64,000 bases of DNA from Podarcis bocagei (lineage: Eukaryota): NCBI GenBank assembly GCA_964188305.1, contig OZ076886.1. One strand, written 5' to 3'. Below, one piece after another: positions 26,401-39,100 of this stretch. Position numbers and translations under genes: made by a program. Position 1 is the stretch's first letter. Every line of letters begins with the position of its first letter. Under the pieces are notes generated by a model. That model had not been told where the DNA came from. It was given only the letters and a program-made list of their open reading frames with translations, and searched no databases.

Positions 26401-29400
26401 TGAAAACTACTTTAAATAAATGAAGACTGTTTTATATGCAGGGAAGTTTTTTGTGCTGGGACTAGCAGTTCCTGGCCATGATCCAGGGTTTCCAGTGTAT
26501 CTACAGGGCAGTGAGGAAAAGAGGCCTCAGCATTCTTTTCTGTGTGGTGCTCTGTGTAAGGTTATTATAAGGAATCTCCAGGTGCACACACAACAGTTCT
26601 CTTCGTTAAAGTTTTGAGAGTGTGCCTTTTGATTTTGACATAAGCAATATGAATATGTTACGTGCTGCTTGGGAGAACCTGTAGCCTAGCCTTATTTCAC
26701 GTGACTCTCCATCAGTGGTTCTCAACCTGTGGGTCCCCAGATGTTGTTGGATTACAACTCCCATCATCCCTGAGCTCTGGCCTTGCTAGCTAGGGGTGAT
26801 GGGCGTTGTAGTCCAACAACATCTGGGGACCCACAGGTTGAGAAAGGCTGCTCCAGATGCTCTGAGTCCACTGTTGCTCTCCAGATTCCTTCTGCAGAAC
26901 ACTTTTCCATGGTGTGTGTGTGTGTGTGCGCGCGTGAGAGAGAGAGAGAGAGGAGCAGACAGAGAAATTCTGATGCTCTCATATTGTTACGAGAGAAAAT
27001 AAAAAGCACAAAAGTCTTGAGAAGGAGCTGTGATGTGATAGACACCAAATTGCATGTGTCTAATGTTACATGAGATACCTAGATTAGTATTTGAGTAACT
27101 GAAGTCACAAGAATGTTGGCTTTTTTTGTCTAGCTTTAAATGTTGTTCCTCTAGGTAGAAAGACTGGCATCTCCCCTAAAAAATCAAAATATATGACTCC
27201 AATGCAACAGAAACTTAATGAAGTATACGAAGCGGTGAAGAACTATACAGATAAGCGAGGGAGAAGGCTTAGTGCAATTTTCCTGCGGCTTCCATCTCGA
27301 TCGGAGCTTCCTGACTACTACCTGACAATTAAAAAGCCGGTTGATATGGAGAAGATCAGAAGTCACATGATGGCCAACAAGTATCAGGACATTGATGCCA
27401 TGGTTGAAGATTTTGTAATGATGTTCAATAATGCCTGCACTTATAATGAGCCAGAATCCTTGATTTACAAAGATGCTCTGGTGCTGCACAAAGTTTTGCT
27501 AGAAACTAGAAGAGACATAGAAGGAGATGAAGATTCTCATGTCCCAAATGTAACACTGCTGATCCAGGAACTTATACATAACCTTTTTGTCTCTGTAATG
27601 AGTCATCAGGATGATGAAGGCAGGTGCTACAGTGACTCCTTAGCTGAAATTCCTGGTGTTGATCCTAATTTCCCAAACAAGCCACCCCTGACTTTTGATA
27701 TCATACGAAAGAATGTGGAAAATAACCGCTACCGGAGATTGGATTTGTTCCAAGAGCATATGTTTGAAGTGCTGGAGCGGGCAAGGAGAATGAACCGGTG
27801 AGTTAAACTTTACCTTTATCAACCTCTCTAGTAACTTAAGTTACTAGTGCTGGATTCAGGTAGGTAGCCGTGCTGGTCTGACGCAGTTGGGGGAATTTGT
27901 TTTTTTAAAAATTGTCCAGTAGCACCTTAGAGACCAACTGATAAGTGTGCATGCACACGAAAGCTTGTACCAGAACAAACTTAGTTGGTCTCTAAGGTGC
28001 TACTGGACTTATTATTATTATTATTATTATTATTATTAGTGCTTGTGACACACCCCTATTACAGTGATCACTGTTGCCAGTGATACTAATACAAGAGTCT
28101 GTAAGTTACTAGTGTGGGATTGGACTCTTATTCTAGGGGCATGAAATCACTTTCCATTAACAGCCTCATAAATAACTTTTGTTTGTTACCTTCAATGTTT
28201 AGTACCTTTAATGTCTCAGAAAGGTATTTCTTCAGAAAGGTACCTTCATTGATTTTGCAATATGTAAGTATGTTTTTAGTTAGTTAAAAGCCAGATGATT
28301 ATGTAACATATATATACTAAATAGCGCTACAAGTTGTAGAGAAGTGTAAAAAAGTAACTTATATTACTGCATGATATGAGAACTGCAGATTTTGAGATGA
28401 TATAGCAGGCATAGGCAAACTCGGCCCTCCAGATGTTTTTGGGACTACAACTCCCATCATCCCTGACCACTTGTCCTGTTAGCTAGGGATGATGGGAGTT
28501 GTAGTCCCAAAACATCTGGAGGGCCGAGTTTGCCTGTGATATAGCAAGACTTTGGCCCAGTGGAATTGTCACAATCTCTAGCCAATTAAACCATTGTTTA
28601 TTGTCCTAAGAATGAGCCGTGTGCCCCTGCACTTTCAGCTTGCCTTTCCCTCCTCCCCTTCTGCACTTCTACCCTGGCTTACTAAATCACACTTTTCCAT
28701 GACATCCAAACCAGGGTCAGGGGGGAAAAATCAGTTGCAAACAATGAAATTTCTTTTTTTTCCCTGACACATTCATGCTTCTTCTACAGTTACGTTGTGT
28801 ATGTTGTCAATTCATGCAGTTTCTCTTTTCTTTAAAGGACGGATTCGGAGATTTATGAGGATGCAGTGGAACTTCAACAGTTCTTTATCAAAATCCGTGA
28901 TGAACTCTGCAAGAATGGCGAGATCCTGTTGTCACCAGCCCTCAGCTACACTACCAAGCATCTTCATAACGATGTCGAAAAAGAGAAGAAGGAAAAGCTT
29001 CCTAAGGAAATGGAAGAAGACAAACTCAAAAGAGAAGAAGAGAAGAGAGGTAATTGTACTTAATTTAAATGGCTGCACATTGTCACTCTTCATTTAGCAG
29101 ATACTCACTGAAAGGAGACATAGGTGAATCTTCTCCAGCATTATCAGCATTGCTTGAGAGAGGATGGGCAGTATAAGGATGAATTCGTGAATGAGCTGAT
29201 TTGTACATTTGTGTCATTCAGCTCTCTTGTTCGCCTTGACACTCTCTGATGGAAGACAAGGAAAATCGCAAAATTTACAATCTACCCTTCTAGGTCATCT
29301 TCCCCAGCAAGATACCATCAAATGTAGAAAAGTAATTGGTCAGATGGTTGCCAACATGTGTATTTCCTACACAGCCATCACTGAACTATTCAGATGTGCT

Positions 29401-30064
29401 TGCCCCTACGTGTAATTCATTCATGAGGGAAGTACTGTTCAGCAGAGCTCAAAGCTGCCAACTTAGCTGGTAAATCGCAAGTCTTGCACATGGTAAATAT
29501 ATTGTCAGTGTAGTGATTGTATTAGTATCACCGGCAACAGTGATCACTGTAATAGGGGAGTATCACAAGCACTAGTAACTTATATACTCTTGATATTATA
29601 TGCATGTGAGCTGGGAGCTTTTTAAACAGTAATATGCATTACTTCATTTCAAAATGTGGTAAGCCAGACCTGCTGCACTTGGGGACCTTTACGCTTGTGT
29701 TGCTATGTGGGGCCCTAGACTTCTGCCCAAAGTCCTGATGGTACAACTGGCCACAGGCCCCCTTCCCACCTTGCCACACCATTTTGAATACACTGCCAAG
29801 TCTGAAATGCTTTCTTCCTGCTCATTCTCCCCTCCTCACCCCTCTTTGGAGGCCCATTTCAGTGATCAGGGCGGGCATGCTTCTTGCAAATACATTCCTC
29901 TTTAACCAGGCCTTTGGCTAATTAACACCCAATACCCTTTTAAATGCATTGTGGGAGAGTTGTTTATTGGTTGGTTTTTGTTTTTGTTTTGTTTTATTAT
30001 GTTTTCTATCTTGTATTTTTGTGATGTGAACTTCCCTGAGAGCTACAGATGGACAGAATACAAA

Positions 30065-30123
<59 letters not shown>

Positions 30124-33100
30124 TGGGGGGATGGAATCTGTCTTACTCCTTGTGTGGCAAGAATAGCGCCTTTCCCTTGCATTGCATGATGATGGGGGAT
30201 ATTGTTTGATATGGCTGGTGCCAGGAATTCTTTCTAAAAGGAAATGGTCACTCTTTACAGGAAAGATTCTTGGTGTGTAAAGTGTTACAAGGCGAGCAGT
30301 CCTGTGTTTTTAAACTGACTGTAAGTCATTCCCACTGTTTTCTTTTATGTTGAATAAGAAGCTGAAAAGAGTGAAGATTCTTCTGGAGGAACAGGACTGT
30401 CTAGTTTACACAGGACATACAGCCAGGATTGCAGCTTTAAGAACAGCATGTATCATGTTGGGGATTATGTGTATGTTGAACCCGCAGAAGCCAATTTGCA
30501 ACCTCACATAGTCTGCATTGAACGACTGTGGGAGGATTCGGCTGGTAAGAAAGACTGTCTTCTTAATGCCGGTGGTTGCAGCTGTCCTATGCCCTGTCTT
30601 ATATCCAGATACCAGCTCCTGTAAACACAGTACATGTTTCAATAACTGGTAATAGAACCACTACCGTGAGATTTCCCTAACAAACTGATAGATTATTGAA
30701 ATAATTCAATGCAAGGACATCACTGGCTGATTGTAGGGTGATCCCTAACAATTCATTTCGTGGGACACTGTAGCCAATGACACGGGTCACGTGTCGTCAG
30801 CTGACACAGGTGGGAGTAAAACTTTTAGAAAGCGGGTCCATTTCCCTGAGGTTTTTTTCCTGCCTGATACAGCAGTACGAGTGGACTAGAGAGGAGACAG
30901 CTCTGCTTCATTCTGACTAGCTTCGCCCCCAGGACAACTAGTGGAAACCTGAGGGAGGAACGCAGGTGGTGGTTGTGGCTGAGCTACAAGCGCAGAGCCA
31001 TGCTATGCCCAAATGCCTCAAGGCCACATCTGCACCCCAAGCATAGTGCGACACCTCTCACTAAGAACAAAGAGTCACGTTTCTCTCCCCCCACAGCACT
31101 GCTGTTGTGATTACCATGTTAACTGGTGGCACAGTCACCATTCTGTTCTGTGCAGCATGAATGACAACCAGCATCTCATCCTTTCTCAAATGTCTTATTT
31201 TGTGAACTTCAGTTTTCAAAAAATTAAGGGTTGCGGTCTGTCTTTGATTTGCGCAATCACAATATGCAAAGAGAAACTGTCCCACAGTTTTGCAGGTCTA
31301 GACTTTGAAATGCACTTTCCCTGAACAAAGATTCAGACACAAACTAGTACTATCTCAGCCATTTTATCGCCACAGAAGATCCGCGGATCAGTTTATAACT
31401 TGTTATAGTTGTTTTGTATCACAAAACTTTCTTGTTTTTAGGAGAAAAATGGTTGTATGGCTGCTGGTTTTATCGACCAAATGAAACATTCCATCTTGCA
31501 ACCCGAAAGTTTTTGGAGAAAGAAGTATTTAAAAGTGATTATTACAACAAAGTCCCCGTGAACAAAATTCTTGGCAAATGTGTGGTCATGTTTGTTAAGG
31601 TGAGAATAGGCTAGATGTTCTGTTATGTATCTGGATGAACACTATGCTGATCAAATATTAGCGTTTTGTTGTGGTAGAGATCGTTTTTCTGTTTTGTTAA
31701 ATTTCTCCCCATCATGCCCTCTTCAAGTAGTCAAATGCTTATCAGTTGGGAAATAAAATGAGGCCACTGAAAGATAAGGGAATGATTTCTGTACCCTTGG
31801 GTGACTACCTAGGTCTGCAGGTCTATAGAGCATGTAAAGTAGAGAAGAAGGGCATTTGTTCCTGGTAGGAACTTGTGGGCTTCCAGATTTACAGGACATT
31901 GGTGGCCATTTGAGCCTGGACACTGCTCCAGAAAACACCACAAACAATGGCTTTTGAACTTACGTGTTTCTGCAAGATGAGCTATTTTTTTCTGAATGAT
32001 TATTTTTCCCCATTAACTAGGAGTATTTTAAGCTATGCCCAGAAAACTTTAGAGATGAAGACGTTTACGTTTGCGAATCACGTTATTCTGCAAAGACCAA
32101 GTCCTTTAAGAAGATTAAATTATGGACCATGCCAATTAGCTCTGTACGATTTGTTCCTCGAGATGTGCCCTTGCCTGTGGTTCGTGTTGCCTCGGTATTT
32201 GCGAATACAGACAAAATTGATGAGGAAAAGCACACTGAAATGTCTGAGGATATCAAAGTGGGAGACCACACCCTTAGCCTTGAAAAGGTATGCATGTTTG
32301 AAGAGCTGGCCATTAAATGCTTTGACTTTTGTGCTTGTCTGTAGGTATTTTAAATGGTTTATCAGTTTAGGAGTGAATAGCTGATGCTTTTACCTGCTTC
32401 AGTTCTGATTTGTACATGGGTCTCCCATATACACATCTAACAGCCACATGAAATCACATGAGGAGGTCATTTGGAGGTTTGGACTAAAGCATCACCGGTA
32501 TGTGGATGACACTCAGCTCTACCTCTCATATTCAGGAGAATCCCCAGAACTGTGAGGGAGGGAAAGGAGTCAGGATTGTTCTGTCTGGCAAGCTGAAAAG
32601 TTTGCACCCACTGATCAAACAGTGGCCATATTGCTATGCTGAATGGCATATTAAAGGAGATCCGGGGGTCTGGATGTCACAGACCCTGCTTATGCAAGTA
32701 GCTTCTGGATGAGGCTGAGTACCTAACGTACCATTTTATTTAAGAAGAGTTGCACAACTTTCCCCATTTCTTAAGTCTGCCTTTATTTTACAGGACAAAG
32801 AAGATGTTCCAGTAGAAATGGCAAATGGAGAACCTGGGTGTCACTACTATGAACAGCTTTGTTACAATGACATGTGGCTGAAGGTTGGGGATTGCGTCTT
32901 CATAAAATCACACGGTCTAGTCCGACCGCGAGTTGGCAGGTACCCTTTTTCTCTATAAATATAGTTGCATCATTGAAAACTGATTCAGGTCTTTCATGTA
33001 CAAAAGCAAAAGATGAATAAAACCGTAAAGTAATTGGGGGAAATGGCTCACTTTTTGACTTGGCGATTATCTTGGGATACTCAGAAGCAAATCTTTTTCT

Positions 33101-36100
33101 GTTTTTCAGAATAGAAAAAATGTGGGTAAGAGATGGAGCTGCCTATTTCTTTGGTCCGATCTTTATACACCCAGAGGAAACTGAACATGAGCCAACTAAA
33201 ATGTTCTACAAGAAGGAAGTGTTTTTGAGTAACTTAGAAGAGACCTGCCCCATGACATGCATTCTAGGTAACCAAATAGTATTGATGTTTTTTGCTATAA
33301 CTTTTGTGTTTTGAATGAACAGTACAGTTGGGGGCTGGGGGAATCACTCCAATTCTATCATTTCCATTTCTTTTTCATGTTTTTGCTATGTTTCATGTTA
33401 GGCTATGGTATAAAACCTGAGTATCTAGTACATAATAAATTCTGTGTGATAAATTTATTTGGGGGTTTTTAAGCCCTTTTCATTCTTCTAGAACTAGTAA
33501 CAGAGGAAAATAAATGTGCTTTGAAATCCAGTAAGTTGTTTACTGGATAATGGCATTCTCATTGTGTTGTGTATGGCCCTTGGCAGTACTGTGGTCATCC
33601 TAAACAGCAGCTGCTGCTGCTGACTCAATCTACCTGTATCACATTATTGCCTACTTTACTAGAAGTATAAAGGCTTTGAACAAAATAATTAACTAGTCTT
33701 GAATGATGCATACAGTTATTTTAAATTTTCTTAAGTGAATGGTTTTCTTGTTCGTGTGAAATTAAATTGGCTCTGTTAAGTGGAGGAGAATCCGTTCGAC
33801 TTCCAAAACGTTTGAAAATCAAATCACGGCTTCTTATTGGCTGCAGGAAGCTCCTGCAGCCAATTGGAAGCCGTGGAACCCCCGTGGGACGTTCGGCTTC
33901 CAAAAGAACGTTCGAAAACTGGAACAGTCACTTCTGGGTTTCGATCATTCGGGAGAACTAGGCTGTTCGAAAACCAAGGTATGATTGTATTTGTCATGAA
34001 GAGATCCAGCAAGGAAGCACTGTCGCAGTCCAGCAAAGGAGATCCATGTATGAATGCTGTCATCACATCCATTTAACTTCATGGATGTGTCAATGTGCAT
34101 AGGAGATGCATTCCCTGCAGGAGTCACATGCAACATGTGAACTGGAATGAGGCTTAGGTGTTCCATTGTAGGCTATGTGTGATGAGTCAGTATATTGTCA
34201 TGAACTTTTTGGTGGTTTAAAAAATATGCAGGCCTGTTAACAAAAATTCGCTTTCAAACTGTTAGTGTGGAAAACGCTGCTACTTTATTTTTCTCTCTTT
34301 CAGGAAAGTGTGCTGTGTTGTCTTTCAAGGACTTCCTCTCCTGTAGGCCAACTGAGATTTCTGAAAATGATGTTCTCCTCTGTGAAAGCCGCTATAATGA
34401 AAGTGACAAACAGATGAAGAAATTTAAGGGATTGAAAAGGTTTTCCCTTTCAGCAAAAGTAGTAGATGATGAAATTTACTACTTTAGGTACGATGTTTTT
34501 GCTTTTAAAGTATTATCAGAGATAATGGGGTAGAGATCTTTAAGTTGATTTGACTGTAGGAAAAAATGTCCTTTATAAAAACTGAAGCATCTTCAGATCC
34601 ATTGAACATAGAGGGCCATTACCTTACCAGGAAGCTAGCTTGGCTATTCCAGAAATCCAATTTGTATTGGGTCCAGGAATTAGAAGGGTCTCAGGTGTAC
34701 ATCCTGCCATCCCCCTCCCTCCGGCCAAAGCAACAGCTCACAACAGTATTTTAAATAGGCAATGGTGAACTTGAATATAGTCATTTATTTTCTGCCAATA
34801 TGTATTTCTTACTTAAAATATCACTGCACAAAAATAGGCATATTATCATTTTAGATAAGGGCTGTAGAGAACGACATCCTTTTCATTGAAGGATTTGCAA
34901 TTAGAAAAATTGATTTCATTGCTAGAAAAGTTTAACATTAGCAAACATTTTAGAGTTGGCTACCAAAGCCATTCTGTTCTTTGTGGTGTGCACCTACTGC
35001 ATGGAAGATTTCTAAATAATTATTCTGTGCAGTTTCAAAATTGGGTTCAAACAACAGTTGCTTACCTTTTTCAAACATGCCACTTATTTTTTTAATATGT
35101 TCCTACCTCTTCCTGATGCAACACTTACTGTAAAGCAGAATTTAGGAATTATGGGCCAGATTCAACTAAGCTGTCACCCTAACGGAAACCAGCATGAGTC
35201 CCACTAGTGCAACAGGATATTCTTTCCTCTCCTCTCCACCACTCTCCCCAAATCCTAGCAGGGTCAGGAGACCCCCCCTCCCAGAACAGGGTACAGTGGG
35301 GGGAGAGGAGAGCTTGTTCCAACAGCACAAGTGTTTTTGCTTGGCATTCAAATGGATCCCCCTTAGTGTGGCGTTGAATTCTATCCTATGTTGTACAGAG
35401 AGGGGTTTTATTCATATGGAATACTTTCTTAGGAAACCCATAATTCCTCAGAAGGAGCCATCTCCCCTTCTGGAAAAGAAGATTCAGCAGCTAGAAGCCA
35501 AATTTGCTGAGCTGGAAGGAGGTGATGAAGAGATTGAAGAGATTGCAGAAGAGGAAGGTGAAGTTACAGAAGCGCCAACGATGCCTCAACTTCAGAGTCC
35601 TCTTTCTAATGAGTTGGATATAATGCCATACACTCCTCCACAGGTAACGTCTTTTACAAAATCACATAGTTGAGACCTTTCCCTCCTCCTCTTCCTCCTC
35701 TGCTGAAAAGATGTGTGCTTTGGCTGTAGTGAGCTATATACCAGAAATGCAATTTTCAGTGTTACTTTGCCAATATAAAATTTATTTTCTTTTTTTAAAA
35801 AAACTGCTTGGAGATCTTCTATCAAATGCATATTATTATATACTTTTGTAAAATGAATTAAAATATACTGAGAACAAATAATTTTGTAACTCATGTGATT
35901 TCAAGTTATGTCTTTCATTTAATGCCATCTAACGCTGGGGAAATTGTGATTTGTGGTGCAGCAACTCATGTAAATGAAAATTTTTGGGTAACCAAATAAG
36001 AAATAAGTCGCTTTTGGATTGTTTGCAGTTTCTAGAAAGTTCTAAAAGTAATTTGGAAGAATATTAATTAATGGCAGATATACTGCAGTGCTGCCCAGGT

Positions 36101-39100
36101 TTTGTAAACCCTAGAGGCAACCACCAATTCCTAGGTATGGCAGCCATCTTCCCAGATTTGCCCACCCAGATACACTTGCCTCATTGACAGTGATCCAATA
36201 CAGTCATACCTGGGTTTTCGAACAGCTTAGTTCACGAACAACTTAGAACTTGAACGTCGCAAACCCGGAAGTAGGTGTTCCAGTTTGCGAACTTTGCCTC
36301 AGAAGCCGAACATCCGGCACAGCTTCTGTGGCTTCCGATTGGCTGCAGGATGCTCTTGCAGCCAATAGGAAGCTGCGCCTTGGTTTCCGAACGTTTCGGA
36401 AGTTGAATGGACTTCCAGAACGCATTCTGTTCAAAAACCAAGGTACGACTGTACCATTATCAGCTTAAAAATATGATCATGAAGACAAAAAGGTCAGAAA
36501 TTGAGGATTAGATTCTCTAGCCTTCACTTTCTAACTTGAGAATTTTCTGTTACGCATTTATGACCATAGGTGTGTTTTTTTTATCCATAGTCCACTCCCA
36601 AGTCTGCCAAGGGCAGTGTAAAGAAGGAAGGATCGAAGAGGAAGATCAACATGAGTGGTTACATTCTATTTAGTAGTGAGATGAGAGCAGTTATTAAAGC
36701 TCAGCACCCAGATTATTCATTTGGAGAGCTCAGTAGACTTGTTGGAACAGAGTGGAGAAACTTGGAAGCAACCAAGAAAGCAGAATATGAAGGTAAATTA
36801 AAGGTGTAATGATGTGAAACCTTTTTGCCCTTTCAGAAAAGGCTCCGTGTCCTTTTGAGGGCAGGCAACTTATATTTCTGTCTTTATATATTTCTGTCTT
36901 TAAATATATAAGCGCTCACCCCATAGAAACTTATAATACAATAAGACAGGGGTTCCCAAACTGTGGGCTGCAAGTTCCATACAGGTGGCCCATGGCATGT
37001 TGACGCTAAATATTCCTACTGATTTTTAATGGTATTTTATTGCTTCTTTTCTTTTTTCTTTTCTTTTATTTCATTGCATTGAAGTTCTATGGAATGCAAA
37101 TTATAAGGCAGTAAAATACAGCATAAAGATACGCTACATTGTGGCATTTAGCACACCACATTGAAATTACCGCAAGAGGCAGTAAAATCATTAAGTGGTC
37201 CATCAACAATTTTCAAGTGGTTATTGGGGGTGGGGGGGTTTGAGAACCACTGTACTTGAGGGAATTGGTAGTGGTGATGATGCCTCTGAAACAGACCGAC
37301 TGAGCTGCCTGCTAGGGAGGAGCCAGGAGCCCAAGAAGAAAGTCATCTAAGGTAGGTATCTTCAACCTGTTCAGACCCAGGACCCACATCTAACCCAAAC
37401 ATTTATTTGGAGACCCACTTCTTAATCTTTTACCATATGTTTCAATGATAGTAGTGCTCCTGCTTGCAACCTACCTTGGACCAGACTGCGACCCACCAGT
37501 GGGTCCCAACCCACCAGTTGAAGACCAGTGATCTAAAGGAAGCGAGTGGGCTTAAAGAGGAGAGAGGAATAGGGAGAAGGAGAAAAACTGGAAAGGAGAA
37601 GTAGCAGAGTGAAAAGTTGAGCAATGGATGGGAATTGTAGAGAAGCAGGTTTTGACTAATATTACCAGTGCAAGCTGCTCAACAGTGGAACAGATTGCTG
37701 GAGGGGTGACCAGCTCTCCCCTTTCTGGAGGTATTTAAGCAGAGGCTGGACAGGCATCTGCCAGGAAAGTTGTAGTTTCATCCTGGATTGAACCAAGGAG
37801 TTGCACTAGATGACCGCCAAGGGCCCTTCCAATTCTATGATTCCTATAGCCAGGAGCTGCAAGAGTGAAGTTCAAATACTGGTTTCAGATAACTAGCCCA
37901 GCATTTAACATCAGGGCACTAGTACATGCTGCATAGTGAAGATACATAGAAGCAAAATGAAAGGACTACAGAGAGTTTAAAGCAGTGAAAGAAGTTTAAA
38001 GCAGAGCAGAGAAACATGTAGTTTGTCCTTAATAAATCAACTAAAATACATTTATTAGAATGTCTTTGCCTACTTAACCCAAACAGATGTGCTTTTGTTT
38101 CCCTACCTCAAATTGTTATTCTGCTCCCTGAGCAGCATAATAATATAGCCAGCTTATAATAGTCAAGCTCTTTCATGTACTCACAGGTAGGTTTTCATTA
38201 AAGCCTGCATGTCTTTTGTGGGATGCATGTTTCCAAATGTTTATCATCCTAAACTCGTAGGCTAGAATGTTTTTCAGGTATTTATTGCAGCATTGGAAAA
38301 GAAAATTTAGGAATAATTATTAAGCTCTGAAGATGATGCGAAGTCATTTTTAAGCAAGTTTGATATTCAGACTAAATGCTGTTGGTCATTGGATCTCACT
38401 TTCCTTTACTTTGGACTTGCTGTATCATTCCTTTGCAGAGCTAGAATGATAGATGGTTCCATTTCATTTCCTTTTTTTCAAACTCATTCCTTCCTACATG
38501 TACTGACACATAGAAATGTGGACACGTTCAGGCAATCATATCTTAGTTTAATAAGCCAAGATATGAACAAGTTGTTTGGCTGTTCCTGCAGTCCCTTTCC
38601 ACGAATGTGCAAGCCAGAAAGTCTCCTTGACTGAAGTTTCACAGCATGCTTGTATTGGAGAACTATGTTTAATGGGTTCAGAACAAGCTAGAAGATAAAG
38701 CCATGGTTCATTTTGAAGCTATTAAGCATTGTTTCCCATTTAACCTACAGTGAATGGAATAATTCTTTGTTTGTTCATTCAAACTGCAAAGGAGCTGATT
38801 ATGCACCCATGAGCTTGTTCATACCTCAGTTTATTAAGCTGAGATACAATTTTTTTGAGCCAGTGCAATGTCTCTGACATTTTTCAAAGCAATAATGTTG
38901 AGTTTCCCTTTAAACCATGCCGTTTTGAAGTTCACTCCTATCCATTATGATTATATCCCTTTTTATTTTGCTTGGGACTACACTTTGGTATTGACATCTG
39001 TGCTAAAGTTTTCTTAAGTATTTCTACTTTGGTCCTTTATAATTTGATTACAAATTTCTGTTCTCAGACTTACATTTTATCAGCCATTTTTGTCAAAAGG

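Noticed and set aside
32940-33109. Donor gtaccctttt resembling the U12 consensus GTATCCTTT
   Set aside because: Mismatch at the highly conserved +4 T, no TCCTTAAC branch site, and a normal U2 pyrimidine tract
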